DNA from: Macrostomum lignano
Lineage: Eukaryota
Reading direction: 5' to 3'
Length of the DNA stretch: 64,000 nucleotides
Assembly: GCA_002269645.1 (NCBI GenBank)
Contig: NIVC01000606.1
Location: 434,001-498,000 of the forward strand
Shown: piece by piece, positions 1-12,874 of the stretch
Position numbering within the stretch: the stretch's first letter is position 1
Layout: each line of letters starts with the position of its first letter
The notes under the pieces: generated by a model
Database searches by the model: none
The model's input: the letters and a program-made list of their open reading frames with translations, nothing else
Told to the model about the DNA's origin: nothing
Program-made: the position numbers and the translations under genes

Positions 1-1069
1 AGATTTTTAAGTTTTTCGGTTGAAATTTTAAGGCAAAATATGTACTAAATGTATTTTTGCTTCCATTTTTTAGTGTTAAAGAGATGATGATCTTTTAGTA
101 AATGAAAAACAGCATTATCTTGCAACATATTCAAGTAAGTAGTATATACATACTAATTAGTAGTAAAGAAGCAAATCCTATATCAAAATTTATATTGGAA
201 TAAATTTTACATTAAATCTGTGATGTGGGGTTTCAAAAAGCACCACGCAACATAAGGCAATTAATGCAATATAATAAACTAGTTGTGGGCCCAATTATGT
301 TCATATTACAACACTTTTTGTAAAAATAATAACTAAAATTAGTCCTAGGATTTGGGACCCCAAATTCCAGGATTGGAAATCCCAGGATTTGGGCCAAATC
401 CTAAGATTTCGGGATCTCAGGATTGCGATCCCTACTTGAATCTATTGTATTAGTTTCTAAAGGTGACATAAATTCTACTGCTATAGACAATAAAATTAAT
501 GCCTTGAGCCAGAGTAAGGTTAGTTGAACACTATCTTTTACTATAAATAAAACATGTCTTGCGAATACAAGGAGCAGAGAATATTCATAATCTCTACAAA
601 TCTAGTCAATATTCTCCGCTCCTTGCATTTTTGGGATAAATATTTATAACTAACTGAAACAAGAAGAATGTCTATGACAAATCTCTTCAGTTTCAAGACA
701 AAATATATAAAAAAATAAAATGTTTTAATGCAAAGTGACTAGATGACATGTCCTATATCACACTAATTAAGTATGCCAATATTTTTTGGCCTACAATTAA
801 ATGATTCTTTATGTTATGCTTATATTTTTAAGGTAAGCTAGCCTATATTAAGGTCAACAAAATAGGTCTATATGATTATATCTAAAGAAAAAAAAAGTGA
901 AAACATGTTAGAAATTATTAAGCTTTATTTATTAAATTATGTTGACTCTAGGAAATTAACCATGAACTATTTTAAGTAAGAATAACTACTTTCAAGGGAC
1001 CTAAGCCTGATTAAGCATTATTTCTATGCTTTAAAACTTGTTAAATTATATTTGATAAACAGGCCTATA

Positions 1070-2250
1070 TAGGGTGCACCAGTTAAATCTGGAAAAACTT
1101 TCTAGGTCTATTACTCAGCACTCGATAAAGATACATTTTTCTCCATTGTTTCAGCTGAAAGCTCATTAAATTAGAATCCAGTACAACAATTTTCAAGCAT
1201 TGTCCTCAGAATACAATTGTAGGGCAGCCATCATGGTGGCTCTTCATGCTGGATGCATGCAGACTGAGATTGTTGACTTTCTCAGACTGCCTGCATTTAT
1301 GGTCTACGATTTTGCTAGCTGGTTTTTTGCTGCTGAGGGCACTAAACCAAGAGCGGGAGATGCAAGTAGGAAGGTCCATGATAGGTCAGCAGCCAGGAAG
1401 AGAAGTCTTGACTTCATCGAAAGGCTGGAGGAGCTGGTGGAGGCGGATCCATTGCAATCCACATGGACTCTGGCTGCCAAGCTCAATGTTGGAGCAACAA
1501 CTGTCCAACAAGCACTTGAGAAAAACCTTCGCTGCAAGAGCTATTGACTGAAGGTCTGCCCGATGCTCTCAGAACCAATGAGAGCAAAGAGGATGGAGAG
1601 ATGCCAGCTTTTTCTGACTTCTTTGAAGGGCAGTGCCTCTCGATGGATCCACTTTTTCTCCAATGAAAAATTTTCTGCATTGATACCAAAGTCAATCGCC
1701 AAAATGACAGGTGGATTGCAAAGGACCCTGACAATATGCCAATGATTGGCAGAAAAAAGCACTCGGCATCTGTTCATGTCTTGAGTGTCATATCTAGCAA
1801 TGGCATAGTCATGCCACCTCATTTTTTTGAGAAGGGCCAGAATGTAAACACTGAGACCTATCTCAATGTTCTAACCAATGTTGTGAAGCCTTGGATTGTC
1901 AAACAGGTTGGTGACAGGCCGCATATTTTCCAACAAGATGGTGCACCGGCTCACAACAACCATTGGGTGCAGAACTGGCTAGACAACAACTTCGACATGT
2001 TCTGGCCATCAAACTTGCCAGATCTCAGACTCAACCTGCTGGATTTTTTTCTAGAGTGTGGTCAAGCGTGAGTTAAACAAATGCTCTCACGACTTATTTG
2101 ATACCCTTGGAGCTGCCATCATTGAAGCATTGGCCAAAATTCCTACTGATCACATTATCAATGCTTGTCAGCAATTCTGGCCATTTATAGCTCCATCATG
2201 CCACTTTTTGTAAGCACATAATATTTTCTGGATTTAACTGGCACACTCTG
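1070..2250 (+). mobile_element. Decayed Tc1/mariner DNA transposon, maT (DD37D)-like
   Basis: Imperfect ~27-bp TIRs (left TAGGGTGCACCAGTTAAATCTGGAAAA from 1070; reverse complement of right end CAGAGTGTGCCAGTTAAATCCAGAAAA ending at 2250), TA on both flanks (1068-1069, 2251-2252), transposase remnant inside. Confidence 0.9.
1200..2071 (+). pseudogene. Disrupted mariner-family transposase
   Basis: ORF pieces 1200-1547, 1563-1745 and 1736-2071 give an HTH-like N-terminus, FFSNEK (FSDEK-like), FQQDGAPAH and WPSNLPDL..LLDF (degenerate WPxxSPDLNPLD). In-frame TGA at 1545 and a frameshift near 1680. Confidence 0.88.
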
Positions 2251-2693
2251 TATATAATATAAAAAGTATAGCATAATATATAATTATAGTATTATTAATA
2301 TATGTATAGGCCAGGGCTGGGCCCCATAGTCTGTTTTATGCTTGGAGTTACGCTAGAGGAAAACTGATAAAATTTTATCATTTATACCACATTTATACCC
2401 GGCTTATGCACTATATGCCAGGGATAATGCCTGGACTAAGGGAGGGGGGAAAGGGTACAAGGTAGTTAGTGCAAACATTTTAATTTCAAAAAAGTTTAAT
2501 GTTTTAATTTTATATATTATAGTTAAAACTTTATAAATATATAAGTACCAAAAAGATTGTAACAAAGTTTTTGCATCATAACACAATTTCTAGATTTTAA
2601 ACTTTCTTTTAATTTTTAGAAATAATAAAATATATAGTTATTTAAATTCTCTATTTTATTCAAATACTTGAAATAAGTTAACACGGTCATTGA

Positions 2694-3075
2694 GGGGGGC
2701 CATAGCCTAGTGGTCTAGCACAAGCTCTGGTGTCACATGTGCCAGTGACCCAGGCTCGATTCCAAGTGTAGTCACATTAATTTGGGACTGAATTGGAATC
2801 TTGGCTTGGCTCTGCTTGTGCAATTAACAGCCTTGAGAGCCAACCCTCCAAGGCACAGTGAAGTGTATATGCTTAATGATAAAAAAAGTTAGGGCCACTG
2901 TACATTCCTGTGTGAGTGTGTGCCTGTGTACCTATCCGCGCGCTTGTGTGCCTACTCAGGGGAGTCGGCAGAATGGGCAGTAATGCCTCTTGCCAATTGT
3001 ATGCCTTATATTGCTTAAAGTGCGCCAGGGTGCAGTGCATACAACCCCCTGACTCTAATAAAAAAATAAAAAACA
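2694..3075 (+). mobile_element. tRNA-derived SINE, family 1 (near full length)
   Basis: A-box-like TAGCCTAGTGG at 2703, B-box-like GGCTCGATTCC at 2753, A-rich tail at ~3058-3074. The body recurs at 31827-32083 and 60255-60390. Confidence 0.8.
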
Positions 3076-3320
3076 TAGTCATTGAAACCATGGTCAGGTC
3101 ACATTTAGTTCTGGTCAGAGAAATGTGCCAAAATATCATTTGTAGGCCCTAGTTGTTTTTATGCCAATCCATTTTTATACCAATTCTTATTCTTATGCCA
3201 AGCATTTATGCCAAGGCTATTTTTTGTCTAGAATTATGCCAGAAATTTTCAGCATAACTGTAACAAAATGGACTATGGCCAAGGCCTAGTATAAATAATA
3301 AGTATTGCTTCAGTATAGCC

Positions 3321-4614
3321 GAATCCGGTCTATTTCGGCAACAAGTCATTTCGGCGACAACCATTTTGGCGACAAGTCATTTTGGCGACAACCACTTCGG
3401 CGACAAACATTGAAACCGCAGTAATAATGGATCTGATAGTGTTTGCTTATTGAGTATGTAATGTATTTGATTGTTCTACTTCAATCAACCTCACCTGTCT
3501 TACTTATAAGTAGCATCGTTTTCCGTCACCAATATTTTATAACTAACTCTTTTGTTCTCTGCACTTTTCTTGTTTACATCGTCCAGTTCAGTATAGTTCT
3601 TTCTCTCTCGTTATCTCTCATTCTCTATCCTTTCGTTCTTTCCTCCCTTCTGATTGGTCCGCCGCTCACATTCTAACCTCCTCTCCTACCCTCAGTCGCG
3701 CACTCTTGTTATCATACCGCCAACCTCCAGTCTGTTCAACTTAACCATGTTTAAATATATAGTCCAGGGCACACGCCCTCTCACACTTCACCTGACTTCG
3801 CTACTCGCAGTTATTCAGTCATGTTTAGCTGTGTTGTTTGCCACGATCTGGTCAGACATAGGCAGCAAGCGCTGCAATGTGACGAATGTTCCAGGTGGCA
3901 GCATAGGACCTGCAACAGCGGCGTGACACAGCAGCATTACCGCCAGCTACAGAGACTGGAGAGCTTCGACTGGTTGTGCAGCCTGTGCTCATGGCCAGTG
4001 CCTGAGCAGCCTGAGCCTAAGCAGCCTGACCCTGAGCAGCCTGAGCCTGAGCAGCCTGACCCTGAGCAGCCTGAGCCTGAGCAGCCTGTCCCTGAGCGAA
4101 TTGATTGGCAAGAACAGCAACGGCAAGGTGCCACTCGTCGGGACGCACGGCCAGCAGTGCGTGCAAGGCAGGAGGCCTACTTCCATCTCTGGGCGGAGTA
4201 TGAGGCCAGCACCAGGACTTTAGAGGGACTTCTGCTTGCTTGCAGCCGCATGAATGCCCCTGTGGGACAGTAAGGTCTTTTACTTTTAATCTTACTTTTA
4301 ATCTTTTACTTACATTTGTTGCCGATTTGACGGATTTGTGACTTCTTTTATTCGATTTAAATAAAAGTCTTTTACTTTTAATCTTACTTTTAATCTTTTA
4401 CTTACATTTGTTGCCGATTTGTTCCGCGCTTCTGCCGATTTGACGGATTTGTGACTTCTTTTATTCGATTTAAATAAAAGTAAAAAAATATATAAATAAA
4501 ATAAATTTGTTCCAAGACTTCAAAAGTATTGTCGCCGAAATGGTTGTCGCCGAAATGACTTGTCGCCGAAATGGTTGTCGCCGAAATGACTTGTCGCCGA
4601 AATGGACTGTTTCC
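3321..4614 (+). mobile_element. Non-autonomous MULE-like DNA transposon with tandem-subrepeat TIRs
   Basis: Left arm is tandem CATTTCGGCGACAA-like units (3332-3410); right arm is the inverse TTGTCGCCGAAATG units (4529-4606). Flanks GTATAGCC (3313-3320) and ATATAGCC (4615-4622) form a 7/8 8-bp TSD. An internal ~95-bp direct duplication lies at 4276-4480. MULE assignment is inferred from the ORF. Confidence 0.75.
3821..4273 (+). CDS. 150-aa PHD-finger protein inside the transposon (probable N-/C-terminal fusion of a deleted transposase)
   Basis: C4-H-C3 pattern CVVC...CDEC.RWQHRTC...WLCSLC; in-frame 15-bp repeats encoding (EQP[ED]P)n; C-terminal LWAEYEAS...LLLACSRM resembles the tails of invertebrate PHD/FLYWCH-MULE transposases (recalled, not searched). 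Confidence 0.7.
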   Translation: MFSCVVCHDLVRHRQQALQCDECSRWQHRTCNSGVTQQHYRQLQRLESFDWLCSLCSWPVPEQPEPKQPDPEQPEPEQPDPEQPEPEQPVPERIDWQEQQRQGATRRDARPAVRARQEAYFHLWAEYEASTRTLEGLLLACSRMNAPVGQ

Positions 4615-4694
4615 ATATAGCCTAGCCTAGGCCTAGAAATGATGAAATCTCGAAAATCTTTCTAGTGTGGCATTGTCTTGAGCCATGACCTAAT

Positions 4695-4866
4695 GAATCT
4701 GGTCCATTTTGGCGACAAACCATTTCGGCGACACCCATTTGTAAATTTGTGTAAGTTCTGAAATTTTTTGTTGCTATGAGATAAGAATACATTCAAAATC
4801 CTATTTAAGAATTGTCGCCGAAATGGTTGTCGCCGAAATGGTTTGTCGCCGAAATGGACAGGTACC
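4695..4866. mobile_element. 172-bp MITE of the same family as 3321-4614
   Basis: Same GAATCYGGTCYATTT left end and (TTGTCGCCGAAATG)n right end; perfect 8-bp TSD GACCTAAT (4687-4694 and 4867-4874). Confidence 0.88.
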
Positions 4867-6585
4867 GACCTAATCATAGCCTAAACCCTTTTAATTTTAA
4901 GTTTTTAAAGCTCTAAAAAACTACACATAACGGCCATAACATAAGGATAAGCGGAAAGCCTTTGTCTTATGCCTAGCCTTTTAGCGAGTCTACTACTCTA
5001 ACTCTTCAGCGCTTCAATGCTTTATCAAGTTAGGGTTAGGCCTAATTCCACCTCTTAAATCATAATCCTAGCCCTAACTCTACTCTCTTGATGTTTGAAT
5101 TGATCCTGCTGTACAGCCGCAACACATTTTAGGATACGCAGTTTTACATTACATACATATTAGATGTGTACGAGCCTCACACCACACTCACGCCCGTTAA
5201 TTTTCCTGTTAAATTGTCTCATGAATCTTGGAAACTATTTTTAAAATAAAAAACTGGCTATAACAAAGCTGTAAAGATTAAACTAACTAAAATCAGACGA
5301 AAACTTGTTTCGTTCTTTAAAAACCTAAAATAAGAGCTATTAAAATATCTTATGTTACTACCCAATTTCTCACAGTTTCAATGTGTTGCATCACTACTTT
5401 AAGAAAAGTTTTTTAAATGATCTTCTAGAAGCAATAGTGCCACAAGCCTCCTCAGATCATGTCCGAATAATACAGGTTGATGTGTGGATTACCCGTAAGA
5501 TATTTACAAAGATCGATAAACTTAAAAGAGCGATGGTACATTAAAAAAAACATTATTTCAGCTTACAGACTATCGTTTGAATCTGTCAGAGAACACACAA
5601 AGGAAAGGTCGAAAGGATCTGTTCTTCAATTATCAATATAGGCCTACAGTTCTTGATTTCTGAGGTTGCATGTCTTGCCTACAGCTTTAAAAAGCGCTAG
5701 AAGAGGCAAAAAATTTGGGATTAGAACAAGTTCTAGATAACTTAGGTGTAATAATTCGTTCTGTTTAATTATCAAGACCCTATGTTTATGTTAGCCTTGC
5801 CACCTAGTCTTGTCATGACATTAAAATTTAAGACTTTTTAAACTTTAGGTAGATAAAATAGTTGTAGTTTCGATGATAGGATCATGATTTTGTCTATATC
5901 AAGGTTTTTTATGATGCTGATTAAAAATTTGATCTTCATTTTTATAGCTTAAAGCTTTGCCCATAGGAAATGGTTGATGGTCATTTTGTCTGCTGCCAGT
6001 CTGCCACTCTTTCGCCTGCAAAAATATGACGCAGTCGTTTTGTCTGCCAACAAAAAATATTAAATATTATGATATCAGTTATATTCATGTGTAATTATTA
6101 TTAAAATGAAATATCTAGTCTAGACTAGGCCCTATACTATTATATCTTTAAAAGACTTGAAGTAAAGATAATAAAATCATTTTTAAAGTACTAATTATAG
6201 TATCTAAAAATATTATTACCCAAAAGACCCAACCAAATGTCAATTTTACCTATATGCTTACTTTTTGTTTATTATAAATAAACTTTGCATTATTATCATT
6301 AGATAGGTGTAGGGCCAATGGAGCATAGGCCTAACAATGCCACTGGATCATAGGCCCCCCCAGAGAAGTGGACTAATCATAATCACATTCAACTATAAAC
6401 TACTCTGCCTTCTAAATCACCAATTGTCATAAAACTTTTTTAACAAATGTTTAAATTAGGGGGCCTAATATTTCTTTGAAATGTTAGGATAAATAAAATT
6501 ATACATATACAGAAGACATCCTATTATAGCTCTTTACATGACTTGCAATATCTTATTATAAAAAAAGCTTTATAAGTTATGTAGC

Positions 6586-6918
6586 TCATATTGCGGAAGG
6601 TTTTCTGTGTATGCCGGACACATTTTTATTGAATTTTCAATTGTATGCCAAAATGATAACAACATGACAATTGTTGTGACAATTCTGGTAATTAAAATGA
6701 TTGGTAAATGAGAAAATAGTAGCAGAAAAAATGGTTTTTGAAATAACTTAACACAGAAAAAGCACAAAAAAATTCTTTATATTAATTTCTAGGCCAGTCG
6801 CCATACATCACACTGTATGCCACACTGTACACAGCCAAGAAATGTACGCTGGTGTACGCCACGGAAATCTAGTGTATGCCAGAATTTTCCGGCATGCACC
6901 CCACCATCTGCAAAATGA
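6586..6918. mobile_element. 333-bp MITE
   Basis: Imperfect TIRs TCATATTGCGGAAGG / TCATTTTGCAGATGG plus inner GTGYATGCCGGA; perfect 8-bp TSD TATGTAGC (6578-6585 and 6919-6926). Confidence 0.8.
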
Positions 6919-9339
6919 TATGTAGCTAGGTTTATATCTTACTTTTTCTTTTTAGAAAGTCATTTTGTTTGCCGGCAGACAAAAAGGTAATAAGAGGTAA
7001 GATTGAAATCTTTGGGCGGGATTGGGAATAATTTTTTTCTTGGGATTGGGATCAGGTCTTTTAGTGTATTATAGTTCGTACGTCCATATAAAGTGAAACA
7101 AAATTGAGCAAAAAATGTCAGTATCAAAAGTAAAACATAACAAAATTGATAAAAAGTTTTATAACAAACAAAGTAATAATGTAATGAATACAAGTTAAAA
7201 CAAAATAAATTTAAATAATCACTAATTCTATAAACTTTTGATCAAAAGACCTATTCCCAATTCTTGTGTTTTTAGGGTTGGGATCCTGGTCCCGCAGGAA
7301 TACAATTTTCCCTCGGGATCCTGGGATTTCAAGATCAAGATTGGGATCCCATCCAATCTCTACTGCCCATCTAGAGAATGAAGGGTTTTAAGATGGATGA
7401 GATTCTTCATGGGGTGGGGATTGCTTTTATGTACCTAAACTTCTATTATTTAGATTTAAGTTCAATAAAGGCATCTCTATTGAAGCTTAAGCAAGTATTT
7501 TTGAGACTAGAAAAAGGATTAAGGCTATCCTATAGAATTATTTATTCATAAAATTATTTATTGCTTAAATTTGATTTATTTTTATTTTAGAGTAAAAAAT
7601 ATGAAACAAGTGAACAAATTAACTGTTTAATAGCAACGCAAAATTATTTGTTTTAGTCAATTGGTACAATGGTATAATCCAACTTGAGGCCACTGGTTGT
7701 CTAGCAATCAAAAAATAAGCAATGGCTTGACTTGAATCCTAGTATTGGTAGCTTGGCAACTCATTTTTCAATCTCAAATGCAATGCATCTCCCTCTTAAG
7801 GTCCCCCCCTATACTATCATAGCCTTTTGACCATAGACATTTTTTATATTTGTATGTGCAAAACTGATACTTTTTAAAGAATTCTTGAGATATCAATGCA
7901 CAAATTCAAATGTTGTAGAGATGTGTCCTGAATAAAATTACCCAGTTATATTATTACCCAATGTTAAAGTGTACCCTTATATTGTGCTATGGCAATTGAT
8001 TATAACAAACAATTTTGCTGCCAATATATGTTAAACAGTTAATTTCTTCACTTGTTTCATATTTTTAGACTCTAAAAATACAAAGAAATTGAACTCAAAC
8101 CAAAAAATTATTAAACAAATGATTCTTTATATGCAATATGATCATGGCATAAAGTTTGATCTTGGCTTTAGTAAAGAAGGCTTGTGTGTATATTTGAAAG
8201 TGTCTATGAAAGAAGTGGCTAGACATATTAAAGGCATTGTTTTGTTCATTCAATTAAAACAGAGTCCAGGACATAAACTTCTTAAATTTTTGACAAAAAT
8301 GGAATGGCCATAAGTACATCTTTGTGATGCAACACAGACAAGACCTGTTTTAGTTTGAATGACAATAATGCAGCAGACTGATATATTTGCTGAGTAAGAT
8401 AATCACAATGAAGAACTAGATGTAGTTATTTAAATATGAACTGGTATAAAATGATATTTGAGTTATCAATAAAAGTTAGAGTAGAAAGCACATTATATAT
8501 GCATTGATTTACACATGAGTGGGGTGCATGCTTGGCATGGTAAGCAAGGCACAAAGTGAGTCAAAGTTTAATAGCTAGCCAGTCGATAGTCAGCGACAAC
8601 CCCCAACATGTCACTTTGAAAATATGAGTTTTTAGTGGCTTGCGAAAACGAAGTAAGTTGCAAGCGAAAAAAAAAAAGTTTATTAGCTTTACGCGTTGGG
8701 TATAAATAAGCACGCGATCACATGGGGAGGTGCGCCAAGGTGGCACGATTGAAGGCCAACCCCCCGACTTAGCATATTGGCTGTCTGTCCGAGTACACCC
8801 ACCCCCCAGCCTGGCAGGCAGGGGGTTGCAGTGCAGATGTACTCACAATCGCTGGCTGCATGCCGATTGGGCCGCCACAGGGTTCTTAATTCCCTATTAT
8901 GCCCTTTGAGATTTATTTTTTTGCATGAAATATTTGCCTTGGATTCTAACAACAATTAAAAACAATGGCATCAAATGTTTGCTCTGTTTCTGCATAATAA
9001 TTCTAAGCTGCAATGCTAATTCGTATATTTACTATATACTATATAACTTTTAGTAACATTTTACACAAGAATAAACTAATCCTTTTCTGTAACTTTTGAT
9101 GCCCAGTCTTATAAAAATGTAATTTAAGTTGAAGAAGTTAGCCAATAGTGTATTGTTTCTCAGGGTCTCTTTGGTATATCATTCTCTTTAAAATCAATAT
9201 AATCGATATTTTCATTATATTCCTGCTTCAGCCATTCCTAGAAGCACCCGCGAGCGCCAGGACTTGCGGCTCTGGCAGTGCTGGCAACGTTCACATTTCT
9301 ACTCGTAGGAACCAGCATCGCGTAGCCAAGGAAAAAAAT

Positions 9340-10626
9340 ATGCGCATCCCATTATCTGTTCCCACTACTCTATTTAGAAGTAGGCGCGCGAGTACAAATT
9401 CTAGAAAGATTCTATCGGCAGCAATGAGCTTAGCCAACAATGGCCTGGCTGCGTGTGTTGACGCCGCCGCCGATGCCCTGCTTCGAGGCGGCATCGTTGC
9501 CCTGCCAACTGACACTGTCTATGGCCTGGCCTGTCTGGCCGACTGCCCAGTCGCTGTTGGTCGCGTCTACGCCGTCAAAGGCCGCTCAAGCGGCAAACCG
9601 CTGGCTGTGTGCCTGGACTCGGCTGCTCGAGTGCCCGATTATACGATTCCGCAGGTGAGCGGGGGCTGGTGTCTCGTGTTTTAGTAGCGTTTTGATCCGT
9701 GTCCTGAAAGAGCTGTTTTATTGGATCCGTGTCCTATAAGAGCTGTTTTATTGAGTCCGTGTCCTTAAAGAGCTATTTTTCACTGAGATCCGTGTCCTAC
9801 TAAAAGAGCCGTTTCATTGAGTATTTGTCATAAAATAGCCGTTTAATTGAGTATTTGTCCTAAAAGGGCCGTTTCATTGAGTATTTGTCCTAAAAGGGCC
9901 GTTTCATTGAGTATTCGTCCTAAAAGAGCCGTTTCATTGAGTCCGTGTCCTAAAAGAGCCGTTTCATTGAGTCCGTGTCATAAAAGGGCCGTTTCATTGA
10001 GTATTTGTCCTAAAAGGGCCGTTTCATTGAGTATTCGTCCTAAAAGGGCCGTTTCATTGAGTATTCGTCCTAAAAGGGCTGTTTCATTGAGTATTTGTCC
10101 ACTAATACAGAGCCATAATCATGCATTGCAGGACGGCTGCAACGTTAACGCCGCTCTGCTCAAAGACCTGCTGCCCGGCCCAGTTACTCTGGTGCTGCCT
10201 CGCGGCCCCCGCCTAAGCGACAGGCTCAATCCCGGCGTCTCAGCCGTCGGCATCCGCGTGCCCGACCACCCGTTCATCCTAGCTCTGTGCCGTCGCATTC
10301 GCCGGCCAGTAGCTCTGACCTCGGCTAATGCTAGCGGCGCCTCGGACAGTCTCCGGCCGGACGACTTTAGCAGCCTGTGGCCGGACATTGACCTGCTGAT
10401 TGATGGCGGCTGCTTGAAGCCCGGCCCGGCCAGTACAGTAGTTGAACTCATGCCGGCAGCTCGGCTGTACCGCGTACTGCGCACCGGCAGAGCTCTGGAG
10501 TCAACTGCCTGCAGGCTGGCCCGCCACGGCTACCAGCTTGAGGGTGCTGAAGCCTGCAGCAGCGGAGTCGCCGCCGCTGGCCCCGATGACTGCCGCCTGC
10601 CCGTACCTTTGCAAGTTGCGAGTTGA
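9340..10626 (+). CDS. YRDC: Threonylcarbamoyl-AMP synthase (YrdC/Sua5 family), join(9340 or 9424..9654,10132..10626)
   Basis: Motifs VALPTDTVYGLAC, KGR...KPL, LLPGPVTLVL, VGIRVPDH, TSANASG, STVVEL. Phase-0 intron GTGAGC...TTGCAG with CTAAT branch site at ~10102. 241 aa from ATG 9424, 269 aa from ATG 9340. Confidence 0.95.
9694..10100. repeat. 30-bp minisatellite filling the YRDC intron
   Basis: Unit ~TAAAAGGGCCGTTTCATTGAGTATTTGTCC; degenerate at the 5' end and regular at the 3' end. Confidence 0.95.
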
Positions 10627-10708
10627 AAATCTGTGACAATGTGCTATCTGTGTTACTTACAATAGTAGCTTGCTATCACAAAGGCAATTGCTGGAATTCT
10701 GTGGCTTT

Positions 10709-10961
10709 GGGGGAATTTCTAAGATTTCAAGGCTCATGAGGGGAATTGCTGAGATTTCAAGGCTCATGGGGGGGAATTGCTGAGATTTCAAGGCTCATGG
10801 GGGAATTGCTGAGATTTCAAGGCTAATGGGGGGAATTGCTGAGATTTCAAGGCTCATGGGGGAATTGCTGAGATTTCAAGGCTCATGGGGGAATTGCTGA
10901 GATTTCAAGGCTCATGGGGGGGAATTGCTCAGATTTCAAGGCTCATGGGGGAATTGCTGAG
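10709..10961. repeat. ~29-31-bp minisatellite downstream of YRDC
   Basis: Unit GATTTCAAGGCTCATGGGGGAATTGCTGA; related to the array at 55985-58060. Confidence 0.93.
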
Positions 10962-11575
10962 AGGGTCGCTGTGTACCCTGTGTGAGCGTGTGTCTGAGTG
11001 CGTGTCTGCGTACAGTAATGCCGCGATATCTGTCTACAACTCATTTCCGGCACTTCGGCATATTGGTTGCTGTATTCTGCTCATCGCAAATGGTTGGTCC
11101 AAAATGAGACAAGCAAATTGGAACCGGCCTTAAGACGGTTTTTGTGACGAGTTACTTTGATGTACTATTTGATGTATTATTATTAATAAAGTTAACAGCC
11201 CCATCTCCGCTCGAGTTAAGTTTTCAAAAAAATGTTGATAGTAAATGTAGGCACAGTCCTGTACTGTATTTGTCCTTTCAACCTCCAGTAACTCTTAATC
11301 TATTGCAGTCAATAATACAGAAGTGTGCCCTCTTTTAGCAGGGTAACAGTTTCAGTTGTTGAGTTGAGTTTGGCGAAAGAATTCTTCATAGCTTCAGTGC
11401 TTGAATAGTTCGATAGCAATTGCTATCTGTCAAGTTTGGCTGCAGGATTCTGCGATTTCTGATGAAAGTGTTGCTAAATGACTTTTAGACTTCGTTTTTT
11501 ATAAATATTTTTCATATACTCGTACAACTCTTAAAAACTACGATTCATTCGTGCGGCTGTCAAAATGTGCTCTTA

Positions 11576-12225
11576 ACCCCCTCCCTGAGTTCATCCTGGA
11601 CTCTCACCCCCTCCATGAGTTCATTCTGGACTCTCATTCCCTCCCTGAGTTCATTCTGGACTCTCACCCCCTTCCTGATTTTATTCTGGACTCTCACCCC
11701 TTCCTGATTTCATTCTGGACTCTCATTCCCTTCCTGATTTCATTCTGGACTCTCACCCCCTCCCTGAGTTCATTCTGGACTCTCACCCCCTTCCTGATTT
11801 CATTCTGGACTCTCATTCCCTCCTTGAGTACATTCTGGACTCTCACCCCCTCCCTGAGTTCATTCTGGACTCTCAACCCCTCCCTTAGTTCATTCTGGAC
11901 TCTCACTCCCTCCCTGAGTTTATTATGGACTCTCACCCCCTTCCTGATTTCATTCTGGACTCTCACCCCCTCCATGAGTTCATTCTGGACTCTCAACCCC
12001 TCCCTTAGTTCATTCTGGACTCTCACCCCCTCCCTGAGTTCATTCTGGACTCTCAACCCCTCCCTTAGTTCATTCTGGACTCTCACCCCCTCCCTTAGTT
12101 CATTCTGGACTCTCACCCCCTCCCTGAGTTCATTCTGGCCTCTCAACCCCTCCCTTAGTTCATTCTGGACTCTCATTCCCTCCCTGAGTTTATTCTGGAC
12201 TCTCATTCCCTCCCTGAATTTCAGC
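11576..12225. repeat. 30-bp minisatellite
   Basis: Unit ~CCCTCCCTGAGTTCATTCTGGACTCTCACC, about 21 copies. Confidence 0.95.
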
Positions 12226-12874
12226 CACTCCCCTCCCCAGCCATCTGTAATTCTCAAGCTGGCGAACGGGCCGAGCACTATAGGGGGAAAGTCGTATGCG
12301 TATTCTTTATAAAGCGGCAATGCTCAGGAAAAGCGGTAAAGAAGTAGCCATGATTTAATGGCTAACGTATTTCTGAGTCTACTGAGGAGATAAAATCCCA
12401 GTGCTCCAACTGGTGGCAGCTCTCCCATCTCCCCCAGCCCACTAAGCAGATTTCTCTTCAATTTTTTTCATTTCCAATTCTGAAGCTGTCCCTTCTTAAA
12501 CTCTGTCCCTCAGGACTCGCCTACGCAGTTGCTCAATTTGGAAAAAGGCGGGTGATCAGAAATTGGGAAAACACATTTTTTCCCTATTGCAGCTTATCCC
12601 GTGTCGGATGCTCCTTCTTACCCTCTCTCTTTTTCTCCTAGTTGCTGAAGAAGAAGACCTAGGCAAAATCTGGCGAGTAGCACGGGGCTAGCTCATCCTT
12701 TTAGCCTCTCTGGACCAGCCCTGTCTGCTGCTGTCTGGCGGTGCTTTTTATTGTACTAAGTGGAGCATTGGGCACTCCTTGTACCCTATTTAGCCGCAGT
12801 GCCTGCCCCAATTGCATGATTGAATTGCAACTGCTTCCGGTCTGCGTCACAACCTCCAACTTGTAAAAGTTCTA

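Noticed and set aside
344-435. GGGATT/ATCCC short repeats resembling a MITE end (similar at 7010-7362)
   Set aside because: No matching partner terminus with a TSD could be established within the window.
5690-5770. ALEEAKNLGLEQV, resembling a GNAT helix
   Set aside because: A stop codon lies two codons upstream, there is no flanking homology, and the match is too short to support.
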